DNA of 64,000 nt, from the NCBI RefSeq assembly GCF_006345805.1, contig NC_043019.1:11779360-11843359 (forward strand). Reading direction: 5' to 3'. This document shows positions 50,831 to 64,000 of this stretch, piece by piece. The notes under the pieces are model-generated. The model was given only the letters and a program-made list of their open reading frames with translations. It was not told the origin of the DNA and searched no databases. The position numbers and the translations under genes are program-made. Source of the stretch: Octopus sinensis (lineage: Eukaryota). Position 1 is the first letter of the stretch. Each line of letters begins with the position of its first letter.

Positions 50831-52989
50831 AAAAAATAAAAAAAAAGAGAGCCATCATGATTACCAGGTCATTAACCACTACCACACAACAATAACCTCT
50901 ATTTCTACTACTGCTTCCACCACAACCAGAACAATAACCTATACTATCATCACAAACAGAACCTCTATTACTAACAACTACAGCATCAACATTACTAGAA
51001 CAATACCCCACATAACAGCAACCACCACCACCACGACTACTACTACTACTACTGCTACTACTACTACTACTACCATCACTGCTACTGATACCATTACTTC
51101 TACAACAATAACAACCAATGTAAACAGAACAAGATATATTGAGGAATATGGTGTATACCCCACATACCTACCCGTTTGCCTGTCTGCCTGCATCCAGGCA
51201 TACATAAGTATACACACACACACACACACACACACAGCTACCCACTTTACCAAGCTATTGACTTGGGGTGGAGAAAGAAAGTTAAGGCAGGTTAGGAGGC
51301 AGGCCAGCACTTAGGTAGGTAGCCTGTTGTTACACACATTGTTGCTGGAATATTTTTCAGGGTTAAATATAGTGGGGGGAAAAAAAAAAAATTCTTTTTG
51401 TGACTAAGATGGCATGAGAAGAAAAATAGAAGGGGCTGTGTGTGTGTGTGTGTGTGTGTAAAAAAATAATGGGGCATGAAAGTTCAAGGGAGAATGACAA
51501 AAAAAGAAACCCATTTTGGAGAGCACATAAGGTTGGATATCACATAGACAAAACACACGGCGGTGGCATATTTATAAATAGATATCTCCTAGGCAAAAAT
51601 AGAAAATTCTGTTGTTGAATTACATTTTTAACTTTTCACCTCATTAATCAAAGTGGCTATGCCTTTTTTTTTCTGTTTAAGCCCTGACAAGGTATGAACA
51701 TGCCTAAGAAACCATCATATATATATATATATATATACATGCAAATACACACAGATATACACATGCATATATACACGTCCATAGACACACACATACTGAT
51801 ATATGCATATATACATGTCCATAGACACACACATACTTATACATGCATTATTACACACAGGTAGATACTTGTACGTATATCATTCCTGCAGGTGTTGACC
51901 TGTAATAGTTTAAATGAAACACAAAAGACATCAACCTCTCAGCAGTCTCAGAGGGCAAAGGTTACAGGTATTGTTCTCCCCTCCCACACACTCTTCCAGA
52001 CTGAAGTAAAAATGGATATAAATGTTGGCTATTTTTCCATTGCTTAGACACACACTTTATTTTTAATGAATAATTGTTAAAAAGTGACTCAAGGGCCAAC
52101 AGTTTCGTTCATGGCACTTCAACTTGTATATATATATGCATGCAAGAATTTAAATTAGAAAAAGTGTTTTAAATTTTTTGATTATTTTTTTTTTTTTTGC
52201 TTATATCCCAGCAATGGAGCACCCTTGGGTGCATCATCAATCAATTAATTGAGTTTATGGAGAGAAAATTATTGAAAGACATCAATAAATGTCAGTGTGA
52301 CAAAGAAACAAGGACACTACCAGGTGGTCGTGGGATGTGCTAAAAACAACTAAATCTCCCTTAAAGCACACACCTTAAAAAAAATTTGGAAAAGTGTTGA
52401 AATTTGGGGTTTTGTAGGGAGGAATAGTAAAAGATGAAAAAAAAATTTTTTTGCTTAAGTGTATGAATTCCCATGTGTATTACATAACTCGCAAAAATTT
52501 CCCGACATTCCAAAAAGTAAAAGTTATGAGGGGTTATATGGTGTACTTAAACCAAAACTCTACCATCTGTACAAACCATTTATTAAAACAAATGAGAGAA
52601 TAATTTTCTTTGATTTTTTTTCTTCTGTTACGTCTTTCGACTTCAGTCGCACATCCTGGAACCAAATTACCGAAGTAAGCTGATGAAAGATGTATTTGAC
52701 TGTATACAAGTGCATGAGACTTATATAAGCTCATGTTTTGAATCCTAGTTTCTCTCTCTCACATACATATTTCTTTCAGACATTAGACAATGGCCATGCT
52801 AGGGCACTGCCTGGAAGAATTTCGGTCAAATGAATTGGCCCAAGTACTTTTATTTCAAGCCTGGTACTTATTCCATCAGTCTCTTTTTGCTAAACTGCTA
52901 TGTTATGGAGACATAAACACACTAATACCAGTTGTCAAGCAGTGATGGGGGACAGACGCAAACACATTTTGTGTGTGTGTGTGTCAGGT

Positions 52990-53640
52990 CACTTGTGAGG
53001 TCTCTCGTGAGTGCTATGGGTAACATGGAATCCAGTACAACCTGTTGTATGGTCAGGTCATTGGCATCTAAACTAGCACCCCCACTAGGCTTGAATGGTA
53101 AGAGGGTTGCTAGAAATCCAGTAGGACTACAAACAAGACCTGTCAAAAGGACAAAAGAACCTAGTGTAGGCTTAGCAACTTCCTAGCATTAGCACAGTCC
53201 CTCAGAAATTCCATGTTTGTGTCCGGCATGGTGGAAGACCACTGAGGCATCTCTAAGCTTTTGTTAAGATCATTCTGATATAAAACCAGATATGCAGGGA
53301 ATGACATTGAACACGTGGAGGATCTTTTGCTTGCACTTAAGATCATGACGCTCCCACATTCCTGATTCTGTGACCCAAATTGGCACTGGATATCAAGCTT
53401 TGGCTTGTCTCTGGATTATGTCAGTAGGGTGGAGAGGGTGTTGGGCAAGCCTTTATTGGACCTAGGTTTGAAATCACTGGCAAGGCAACTGAAACATAGT
53501 CAAAGAGGTCACCGTGGTGAGTATGAAGACCACAGATATGAACTTGAATGAAGCTGACTGCTGTTGCATTAACCTTGGGCATGGACTCAGCAGGAATTTT
53601 GCATGGACAATGGTCAGTGATGGTCTTCTTAATCACACGT
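52990..53640 (-). mobile_element. Probable decayed LINE (RTE-like 5' region) inserted in a SINE A microsatellite
   Basis: SINE halves at 52790-52985 and 53670-53760; only weak motif resemblance within the insert. Confidence 0.35.
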
Positions 53641-53799
53641 GGTCAGCCATCATCATATATATATTTTTTTTCAATGGGCTTCTTTCAGTTTCAGTCAACC
53701 AAGTCCACTTGCAAGGTTTTAGTTGGTCCAAGGTTATTGTAGAAAGAACTTGCCCAAGGTGCCAATGCTTCAGTTGCTTAGACCAGATTTTTAATCAGT

Positions 53800-54192
53800 T
53801 ACTCTTTTACTTGTTTCAGTCATTTGACTGTGGCCATGCTGGAGCACCACCTTTAATCGAGCAACTCGACCCCGGGACTTATTCTTTTTGTAAGCCCAGT
53901 ACTTATTCTATCGGTCTCTTTTGCCAAACCGCTAAGTAACGGGGACATAAACACACCAGCATCGGTTGTCAAGCAATGCTAGGGGGACAAACATAAACAC
54001 ACACACGCATATATATATACATATATACGACGGGCTTCTTTTCAGTTTCCGTCTATCAAATCCACTCACAAGGTTTTGGCCGGCCCGAGGCTATAGTAGA
54101 AGACACTTGTCCAAGGTGCCACGCAGTGGGACTGAACCCGGAACTATGTGGTTGGTAAACAAGCTACATACCACACAGCCACTCCTGCGCCT
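53800..54192 (-). mobile_element. SINE family A
   Basis: Full-length copy. Confidence 0.92.
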
Positions 54193-56266
54193 ATTGTATG
54201 GGCAGCTTTTTGCAACATCAATGAATGTTTTATCCCTGTCTTCCTATATCAGAGGCGATGAATTCACATCTGACCATGTGACAGGTTATGAGTACACGTC
54301 TTTGAAAAAAACCTAAAAGGAGCAAAATGCATACAGCATTCTTGCTGTCAGCAGCTGGGACAAATTTTTGTCTGTCCCTGATATTTATTGTTCTAACACA
54401 GTAAATTCATAGATGTTATCTAAGCACGAGTACTGCAGCAACTGGCCTATCAGCAGTGTGTATACAATAAGACAATAAGTATAGATACACAGAATGCTGT
54501 TTTAAAAGGAGGGCAAAACTCAATTTTTGCTGAAAAGTGAGATCCAAAAGAATTATAAGATTTTGGTGCACCGAGATAATTTCAGACTCAATTTTATAGG
54601 AATGCCATATATAGTTATTGATGGTGGCCTGGATAGTTCTGAAGTGGAAATCTCATCCCTACCATACCATCTCCCCGAACAGTTAATGCTGATCTTGTAG
54701 AGATCCAGGGAAGGGGGTGCTAGGGAGGGGAAAACCTAGTTAAAGTGAGGAATAATTAATTATACAGCAGTCCTATAGTAATGACTTCAAATGACCTTTC
54801 CCTAAGGTCAACGACAGTCACGTGATTCAGTTTTCCCACAAGAGACCTAACCTTCATAGCAAATGGAAAACTAAACGTGTGTCCCTGGCAACAATAATAC
54901 AGCAGTCTCACATCGCCACCACCTCTGTCATCATTATTATTTTTATCAGTCACATTTCTCAGGGAAAAACTAAAGATATACAGACATTCTCTGTGGTATT
55001 TAAAGAACTTAGTGACTACAAAATCTGCTTCAACAATTTATAAGCTTCTGGTCTGTCTATTTGTAGACAAAAGAAAACTTGGATGTGACAAGACTTTCCT
55101 CAAAAGCACACATTAAATGAGGCATAAATAAATGAAGTGAAATAATAGCTTTTCTGGAACTAATAGCTTTTCCGGAAATAATGTATTTTAGGGGGTCTCT
55201 TCGATAAAATTAAATGGTTTCAACAGGGGATTTCACTTTAGAGGAAGAAATCTTTTTAAAATTCTTCCAAGCACATGAATTATTTTTATTTTTTTATCAT
55301 TCTATAGGAATCTATATATATATATATTTATAAATGGTGGCCTGGATAGTTCTGAAGTCGAACTCTCAGTCCTACCATACCATCTCCCCTAACAGATAAT
55401 GCTAGTTTCAGTCATTGGACTGCAGCCATGCTGGGGCACACCCTTGAAGGGTTTAGTCAAACAAATTAATGCCAGGACTTATTTTAAAGTTTGATACTTA
55501 TTCTGTCAGTCTCTTTTGCCAAACTGCTAGGCTATGGAGACAAAAACAAATCATCACCAGTTGTCAAGCAGTGGAGCAGAACAAATTTAAACAGATCACA
55601 AACATACATACATACAAGTGTGTGTGTGTGTGTGTGTGTGTGTGCATATTTATGTTAAGGCCGTGCCAGTGCCATGTAAAAAGCACCCAGCACACACTGT
55701 AAAGTGGTTGGCATTAGGAAGGGCATCCATCTGTAGAAATCAATCCAAATCAAACTGGAACCGAGTGCAGCTTCTAAGCTCTGGTAAAACTGTCCAACTC
55801 ATGGAATACAGATGTTAATGGTTGATGATGATGATGATATATAAATTCCAAAAGGTAGCATGCTGGCAGAAATGTTAGCATGCTGGGTGAAATGCTTAGC
55901 GGTATTTCATCTGTCTTTACATTCTGAGTTCAAATTCCACCAAGGTCAACTTTGCCTTTCATCTTTTCAGGGTCGATAAATTAAGTACCAGTTGCATACT
56001 GGAGGCAATCTAATTGACTAGTGTAGAAAAGGATATATAAATTCCAAAAGTGAGATGTTTTGTCAGTGCCTTCACAAGAGAAATTTTATGTTAGAGACAT
56101 GGAATTCCCTGCTTTTTAGACACAACTGAAGCCAGTCAAAGTGAGATAATGTCATCTTGCCCAGAAAGGGGTTTCACTTCAAAGAATTTCATTTCAGATA
56201 TTTTCACAACACTGACTGACCAAGATTGTATTCTACATTAGTAGAATTTGTGTGCCTTCAGCCAGC

Positions 56267-56326
56267 AGGTCTGATGAGTTGCCTTTATTGCTAAAAGCAT
56301 AATAGACATGAAACCAATGGTAACTT
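56267..56326 (+). ncRNA. Candidate type I hammerhead ribozyme with imperfect helix II
   Basis: AGGT CTGATGA [32 nt with TATTGCT/AGCATAATA hairpin] GAAA CC-AAT-GG TA^ ACTT. Confidence 0.4.
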
Positions 56327-56975
56327 TTTGACCAACCATAACTAATGACCACATTATAAACACAATGAACTTGTTTCAGTTTCTTTCAAATCCACCCACT
56401 TGGGGCCATAGTAAAAGACACTTATCCAAGATACCATGCAGTGGAATTGAACTTGGAAACCATGTGATTGGGAAGCAAACTTCTTGCCACACAACCATGC
56501 CTTTCAAATTTTCTACACTGACTTTTTTTTTTGCACACTGATGAGGAAAAAGGCACAAGCATTTAAAATCATTATATTTGAAAAAACAAATATCTGGGGG
56601 AAAATTTGAAAGAATTCAAAAGACAGGGAAATATTTTAAAAAGATCTGAGAAGACTATCCAGGTTTATGAGCCATCATTAACACTTTAGTATTCGGGTTA
56701 CTTTATCAGATGTAATGCTTATTTAATCACACTGCTTTTAATTAATCATGCATTTTCCTTATAATTCTGAGATTTTGATGATGTAAATACATATTTTTAG
56801 AATGACATTGTAGGATAGGTGTGAGAGGCTGGATTTGGCTGGTTTGAACATAAAACAGGTAGAATATTTGGGCTGGATAAGGCCTGTTTAAAATGCTAAA
56901 GAGTTAATGGTGTTTCAGCTAGGGCCATCTGCAGATTTACATTATCCCAATACATCCTCCAACTTTATTTAAATG

Positions 56976-57325
56976 ACCTCCCTCCGACAAGTCATCCTAA
57001 CGAGACGTCTGCGTTGGCTGGGTCATGCCCTCCGTCATCAACCAGGAGAATTCATCTACGAAGCAATTGCCCCAGCTCCCCTTCAGGGTTGGGAAAACGA
57101 TGTGGTGGACAACGAAAAACCTGGCTGATGACAGTCAAGGCTGATCTGGAACCCAACCTAGGCCCCCATATCTACGGCGTTCGCCACTGGAATAAGGAGT
57201 GGTTGGAGATCACACAGTCGTTAACCTCAAATCGCCCGGTCTGGTTGGCATTTGTGAGAGATGCAGCATTGAGGATGAATAAAGCCAGCTCTACCCACCC
57301 CGGGTGAATGCTGTCTCAAGATTTA
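56976..57325 (+). mobile_element. RTE LINE 3' fragment (further family), frameshifted
   Basis: TRRLRWLGHALRH..; KRCGGQRKTWLMTVKADL..NRPVWLAFVRDA*. Confidence 0.8.
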
Positions 57326-57448
57326 TAGCAGCAAAGTTTGATTTGAGACTTTGTTGCTATTTTTAGCAAATTGAACACATGCCATTTAGTCCCAGGTCAG
57401 CCCTAATTGAACAGACCCTATGATCAAAAATATATCAGTCATGACCAT

Positions 57449-57843
57449 AGGCGCAGGAGTGGCTGTGTGGTAAGTAGCTTACTAACCAACCACATGGTTC
57501 CGGGTTCAGTCCCACTGCATGGCATCTTGGGCAAGTATCTTCTGCTATAGCCCCGGGCCGACCAATGCCTTATGAGTGGATTTGGTAGACAGAAACTGAA
57601 AGAAGCCTGTCGTGTATATGAATATATATATATATATGTGTGTGTGTATGTCTGTGTTTGTCCCCCTAGCATTGCTTGACAACCGATGCTGGTGTGTTTA
57701 CGTCCCTGTCACTTAGCGGTTCGGCAAAAGAGACCGATAGAATAAGTACTGGGCTTACAAAGAATAAGTCCCGGGGTCGATTTAATCGACTAAAGGCGGT
57801 GCTCCAGCATGGCCGCAGTCAAATGACTGAAACAAGTAAAAGA
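57449..57843 (+). mobile_element. SINE family A
   Basis: Full-length copy. Confidence 0.92.
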
Positions 57844-58321
57844 AAAAAAAAAGAAAAGAAAAAATATCACCTTTATCAATACCTTGGGGAATATTGTTAA
57901 ATTTCTTCCATTTGAAGTATTTCAAATTTTTTCGCCAGATTATTTTTAAAAAGTGTAGTTTTGATGTACGTGCTGATGATGAAAATCATCTTAAATATTT
58001 TTTTCTAGAAATTAATAATAAACAAGTTAACATGCCTTTAATGTTGTGTAATGTTAGCCAATCGAAAGCCTCCGTTGCTGATGTAGTCATGGAGATAAGC
58101 ACGAACAACAAAGTATATGTGATATGTGTGTATGAGTGTAGTTTATGTTTCACTAGTGTTTGTTTATTTATTTGCAGACACACCAAATAAGTATTTGTTA
58201 CAAACACATCCAACGTGTTTATGTTTACTTATAATAAACGTATTCAGTATCTGTGAATTTAGGACAATAACATGATGCATTGGTGCTCTAATTATGAAAA
58301 TGCTTATACCTACCAACTACA

Positions 58322-58713
58322 TCTCTATATATATAAAGCTGAAGTTGTCTGTGTATGGCAGGTTTGGTAGCCTTCAACTAACACTATCTCCTCCGAGAAC
58401 CTGCAGCGCAAGTTGACCAAAATTGAGAGTATGATAGAAGAAGGCTTGCTCTTCCTTCCGTAGAAGAAAAAATTCAAATTGGACCATGTTAACACCAAAA
58501 ATTATTTACATCAAAAAGGTGCTTCTTTTCTATGAAAATCCCTATTTTTTATGATTTTTTGACTGCTGTGTCACCATTTTTCGGTGTGTTTCAACCAGAA
58601 AAATGTTCACTTAAAGAGAATAACAAGCTACATAATGCAAAATTTTTACTTTTTAAAAATTCCAATTCTAAAGGGCTGAAACAAACCCGAGCAACGCCGG
58701 GCGATTCTGCCAG
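58322..58713 (+). mobile_element. Non-autonomous Helitron (second subfamily)
   Basis: A^TCTCTATATATATAAAGCTG ... GAGCAACGCCGGGCGATTCTGCCAG^T. Confidence 0.82.
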
Positions 58714-59594
58714 TATAATATAATAAATGTTGTCCTTTTTGTTTATAGTTGCTTTTAGACATTATGGTGTACATGAAGGGTTCTCAATCATTTTTTATCT
58801 CTGGACCCCTTTGATTGCTATTTTATTCTAGTGCAACCCCACAGCTATTCAATGTTTAAAAACTAGTTTTATAGAAACCCCCTTTCAAAATCCCTATTTT
58901 ACTTTTCACACAATGCTGGTGCGTTTACATCCCTGTAACTTAGCGGTTCAGCAAAAGAGACCGATAGAATAAGTACTAGGTTTACAAAGAATAAGTTCTG
59001 GGGATGATTTGCTCAACTAAAGGCGGTGCTCCGGCATGGCCACAGTCAAATGACTGAAACAAGTAAAAGAGTAAAGAGAGAAAGAGTTAATCAGATTATC
59101 TCGTGCCTCGCTTGTGTCCCACCTCTCTCATACCAATGAACATTATACACATCCAATGGATCAAACTCCACTCATTTCTTCCCACACATCTGTATTCTAG
59201 AATTATGTTTCACTCACATGCAGTATTAAATTTCTTACAAATGCTTCCAACACTGTATTTCAAACACAGGAAAAAGTATATAAATACATAAGCTTTAAAT
59301 GCCAACAACAGAAACAGTAACAGTTTCCCAAAACAACTTTCACCCATTTCTTTACTCAAGCAACTACTTCCATAAACAGTTGCATGAGAAATTTATGAAC
59401 TTCAATTAATGACTGTTCTTACTGCTGAACTGTCCCCTGCATGTCTGAAGTCCCAGTTTTCTGCTAATTACCCAAAGATATCACTGCATCTTTCGGGCCT
59501 ACTGTTTTTATTCAGAGCTCAATTCTGAATGCCTACCTACTCTCTTCCTCCGTATCATGCCAAACTACACATGGCACTACATTTTTATTCTCTA

Positions 59595-60014
59595 CTAGCA
59601 GTATCGCCCGGCATTGCTCGGGTTTGTTTTGACCCTTTAGAATTGGAATTTTTGAAAAGTAAATATTTTGCATTATGTAGCTTGTTATTCTCTTTAAGTG
59701 AACATTTTTCTGGTTGAAATACACTGAAAAATGGCAACACAGCAGTCAAAATATCGTAAAAAAATAGGGATTTTCATAGAAAAAAAGCACCTTTTTGATA
59801 TAAATAATTTTTGGTGTTAACATGGTCCGATTTGAATTTTATCTTCTATGAAATGAAGAGCAAGCCTTCTTCTATGATACTCTCAATTTTGGTCAACTTG
59901 TGCCACAGGGTCTCAGAGGAGATAGTGTTAGTTGAAGGCTACCAAAGTTAGTTGAAGGCTACCAAAGTTAGTTGAAGGCTACCAAACCTGCCACACACAA
60001 TCTATATATATAGA
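59595..60014 (-). mobile_element. Non-autonomous Helitron (second subfamily) with a 3x20-bp internal tandem
   Basis: TC...CTAG termini; GTTAGTTGAAGGCTACCAAA x3 at 59927-59986. Confidence 0.85.
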
Positions 60015-60329
60015 TTACTAATAAGCTCTGACAAAACACTTATTAACATTTAACCCTTTAGCATTCAGATTACTGTCAAATGCAACACTTATTTATTCAC
60101 ATTGTTTTGAATTAATCATGCATCACCTTGTAGCTCTGAGATTTTAGCACCCCGTCATATATGATGGGCTTCTTTCAGTTTCTGTCTACCAAATCCACTC
60201 ACAAGGCTTTGGTCAGCCCATGGATATAGAGTAGAAGGTAGTTGCCGAAGGTGCCACACAGTGGGACTGAACTCATGATCAGGAAGCAAACTTCTTGCAA
60301 TGTAACCCTGCCTGCAAAACAGTTATTAA

Positions 60330-60549
60330 CCCTTTTGTTACTAACCCGGCCAAAACCGGCTCTGGCTCTGTGGTAATATGTCCTGCTTTCATAAGTTTTG
60401 AATTAAAATATTCCACTAAGCCTTAGTCACAATTTATGTTCCAAACACTAGCTTAATGATGACTAAGTTATTTTACAAAATCCTTTGTTATATTTAAAAT
60501 GATTGAAAGAAACACAGAGCATCTCAAAATAAATACAGTAATGAAAGGG
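60330..60549. mobile_element. piggyBac-type MITE family F
   Basis: TTAA-CCCTTTTGTTAC...GTAATGAAAGGG-TTAA. Confidence 0.88.
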
Positions 60550-61599
60550 TTAAGGAAAAATTGGATGTAAAGTAGAGGAAAAGTCTAACTCTTCACTGGA
60601 ATACCGTCCTACAAAAAGTTCTGCTGGAAACCAAACATTTTGTCTGTATCACCACTGTGGGTGGTTTGAATAACTCTCACAAGCATTTCATCTCTGTTTA
60701 GCTAATATTCTCACTCTTTGTGCATGTGTGTGTATGTGCACGCATGCATGCAAATATGCCTCTGTGTGTGTGCATTGAGCATAGAGAATGATAAACGAAG
60801 AAAAAGAAATAATTCTTGTGGGACCATTGTAGAACATAACAGAAGCAAACAGGTTGCAATGAACCATTAATAAGTATTTGAAGTTCTTCCAAAGATGCAA
60901 TTCTAAGAAGGAATGAATGAACAGTGTTTAAGTATAAAAGTTTTCAAAAGAATTAAATATGATGGGTTTTGAAGCAGAGAGAGAGGAATAAACTGGGTAC
61001 AATCTTGAATTCAAAGAATCTGGTGAGGATGTGGGCTTTCTTCAACATACACTTAGTAAATGGGAGAGGATGTTTCTAGATGAGTTGGATCTGTTCATAT
61101 GCCATGTGGAATGGAATTCAGGACTGGAATAGTTTTGGGTATAGGATGTTCTGAGAATTCTAGGTTATATCTTTACTAATCATGACAGTAATGGAACTTA
61201 ACCAAACTGCTGTGAATTCTTGTATAAATTGAAAATATTTAGGTCAGCAGTTTCTAATTTATTTGTACTGAACTTGTAGAAACTTCCTTCCTTCTTTGCC
61301 TTTGTTCACCATTCTGTAAATATGAAATACAGAAGTATAAATAAATTACTACAATAGTCGCAGACATGACCATGCGGTTAAGAAGCTCACTTTGCAACCA
61401 TATGGCACTGGGTTCAAACCCACAGGACAGCCTCTTAGATAAGTGTCTTTGTCCATAGACCCAGGCTGACCAATGCTTTGTGAGTGGATTTGGTAGATGG
61501 AAACTGTGTGGAAGGCCATTGTGTGTGTGTGTGGTGTGTGTGTGTGTATATATAATATATATAATATATAATATATATAATAATATATATATTATTATT

Positions 61600-61638
<39 letters not shown>

Positions 61639-62372
61639 CTGTTTTTATTTGTTTCAGTCATCAGAATGTGGCCAAGCTGGGGCACCACCTTGAAAATTTT
61701 TTTAGTTGAATGTACTTGTTTTATTGGTCTCTCTTGCCAAACCAGTCGTCAAGCAGTGGTGGGGGACAAACACAGATACAAAGATGTGTGCGTGTATGTG
61801 TGTATATTTATATATAGATATTAATAAAAGCAAAATTCTGCCATCTGTCTGGGACCCCAGATTCTCAGTCTACATTTGCTCTACATAGATATATTATTAT
61901 CTTTTTAGAATCAGGATAATCCCAAGATTGAAAATCTGCCCTTCATTGGTTCTTAAAGATCGAGCATTGGGATCTGACTTAAAAGCATTTGGGTTGCTAT
62001 TTCTAGCAGGTAGGGCTTGGCTGATTCACACCACCTTCGTTGGCGTTTGTCAGATGATGTCAGAGATCAAGGGAGAGATAAATGACATTCACTTCATTTC
62101 TTTTACGGTGAGATAAAACTTTGGAACAAATTGGCCAACAGTTGGAATTCATCTTGGGACTGGAATAATAGAATGACTGCATTACACAGTTATTCTCATC
62201 CCTCCTTGACCTCTGATCAAACACCTCCAGGGCATAGAATCATTATAGATGTATTACAGTCATGCTATTTAGCTCTCTTTAGTTTCGAGCCACAAGCCCA
62301 ATTAGCCCTCCACAGAAGCTAGCTTAAAAAGCTGTACAGTGTGCGGCTTTTAAGCTAATATATATATATATA

Positions 62373-62640
62373 TGTTTGTTCCTTCTCAAGCCATGTCTGG
62401 CTCATAGGGCCGGTTTCCTTGGCGTATAAGTTCCCCACCTGGATGGGACACCGGTCTGTCACAGGTGAGCTGCAAGACGCAGGAGGAAAGAGTGAGAGAA
62501 AGTTGTGGCAAAAGAGTCAGCAGAGGTTCGCCATTACCTTCTGCCAGAGCCGTGTGGCGCTTAGGTGCTTTGCTCATAATCACACACATCACTCGGTCTG
62601 AGATTCGAACCAGCAATCCCTTGACCGCGAGTCCACTGCT
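62373..62640 (-). mobile_element. SINE family C, 5'-truncated
   Basis: Homologous to 21020-21332; B box present, A box lost. Confidence 0.85.
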
Positions 62641-62660
62641 CAAGCAGCAGAAAATTCAAC

Positions 62661-62708
62661 AAAATCTGTTACTCTGAGTTTCTCGTTGCCGTTCATCAGA
62701 CAGTTTTT
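62661..62708 (-). ncRNA. Minimal type I hammerhead ribozyme, catalytic core intact
   Basis: AAAAACTGT CTGATGA ACG-GCAA-CGA GAAA CTC-A-GAG TA^ ACAG-A-TTTT. Confidence 0.75.
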
Positions 62709-63086
62709 GCTAGAATGGAACCGATATATATATATATATAGTTCAAATTTATATATAAGGCAAGTTTCTTTCAGTTTCTGACTACCAAATCCACTCACAA
62801 GGATTTGGTCAGCCTTGACTAACACTTCAAGGCAGTACTCCGGCATGGCCACAGTGCAATGAATTAAGTAAAAAGTAAAAGCATGAAAGACTAAATAAAA
62901 TAAATCATTTTAACCCTTTAGCAATTAAAAACCAGCCATATCTGGCCCCAATATTCCACCGGTTTAATATTCAAACCGACCAGATCCAGCATCTCACACC
63001 TACCCTGCAATGTCATTCTAAAACCAAGCAATCACGTGATCAAAGCTACCAGATGTGCGATTAATTCAAAAGAACATTAACAAACA

Positions 63087-63470
63087 GCAGGAGTGGCTGT
63101 GTGGTAAGTAGCTTGCTAACCAACCACATGGTTCCGGGTTCAGTCCCACTGCGTAGCATCTTGGGCAAGTGTCTTCTGCTATAGCCCCGGGCTGACCAAT
63201 GCCTTGTGAGTGGATTTGGTAGATGGAAACTGAAAGAAGCCTGTCGTATATATGTATGTGTGTTGTTTGTGTGTCTGTGTTTGTCCCCCTAGCATTGCTT
63301 GACAACCGATGCTGGTGTGTTTATGTCCCCGTTACTTAGCGGTTCGGCAAAAGAGACCGATAGAATAAGTACTGGGCTTACAAAAAGAATAAGTCCTGGG
63401 GTCGAGTTGCTCGATTAAAGGCGGTGCTCCAGCATGGCCAGTCAAATGACTGAAACAAGTAAAAGAGTAA
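63087..63470 (+). mobile_element. SINE family A
   Basis: Near full-length copy inserted into a MITE E. Confidence 0.9.
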
Positions 63471-64000
63471 ACAACATGGTTAAAGATAGACAAAGAGTAG
63501 GTTGAAGGTTGATGAGTGATAAATGATGAATGAAAGCATGACAAAACTGTTTTTGGACAACCTTTTATCCTTTATTTAAAATTTATTTATTATTTTTTTT
63601 TTTTGTGAATGTGAATTCAATTCAGACAGCATGTTTGTATGATAGATAAAATATCCCAGATATGGAAGTAGTACTCTCAATGAAAGGTAAGCTGTCAGCG
63701 AGGAAGAGCGAAATAGTTTTAGAGACAGGTCACAGATGTGTAGAGCAAATAATTTTCTGGATTAGAGTGTAAACAGGAGCTGACCTAGTGTGTAAGTACA
63801 TATATTGTTAACTATAACCAACCAACCAACCAACAAACTCCACTAATTATGGTCTTGGGAATAAACTAAATACAATGTGAAAGAAATGTTTTGTAAGGAT
63901 TGTTTATAATTAAAATAACTCATCAATGTTTGCTGTCAACACCTGGTCCTCTCTCTCTCTCTCATTATTTGATTGGTTAAACTTTTACAGTATTAATTGG

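Noticed and set aside
62278-62318. Hammerhead CTGTGGA GGGC...GCTC GAAA CTA on the minus strand as a standalone feature
   Set aside because: A6 is mutated and helix III is one base too short; kept only as a weak mention
63626-63686. Plus-strand exon (TTCAG...AAG|GTAAG)
   Set aside because: Stops in all three frames and no partner exons; splice-like motifs are common by chance in AT-rich DNA

Overview
AT-rich, repeat-saturated animal DNA. The repeat families (tRNA-derived SINEs with an internal TA/TG microsatellite, RTE LINEs, TTAA MITEs) point to an Octopus genome; this is inference, not a database match. One host protein-coding gene is supported: a single-exon LRR+Ig type I membrane protein on the minus strand (12073-14112), with Kekkon/LIG-like architecture and a C-terminal PDZ-type motif (GTAV). 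The rest is transposable elements: three tRNA-SINE families (called A, B, C here), RTE/RTEX/CR1/R4 LINE remnants, non-autonomous Helitrons, piggyBac-, mariner- and hAT-type MITEs, and a decayed mariner transposase. There is also a ~6.9 kb (TA/TACA) microsatellite block and a 100-N gap. The main finding is several sequence-unrelated minimal type I hammerhead ribozyme motifs in short Penelope-like repeats. One pair is a tandem dimer linked to a Pol III B box inside a TSD-flanked insertion, and one motif at ~62.7 kb has an intact catalytic core. A CR1-type LINE 3' UTR matches the tail of the dominant SINE, suggesting its mobilising partner. All structures were read by eye and none were computed. 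No CRISPR array, rRNA or true tRNA gene was seen.
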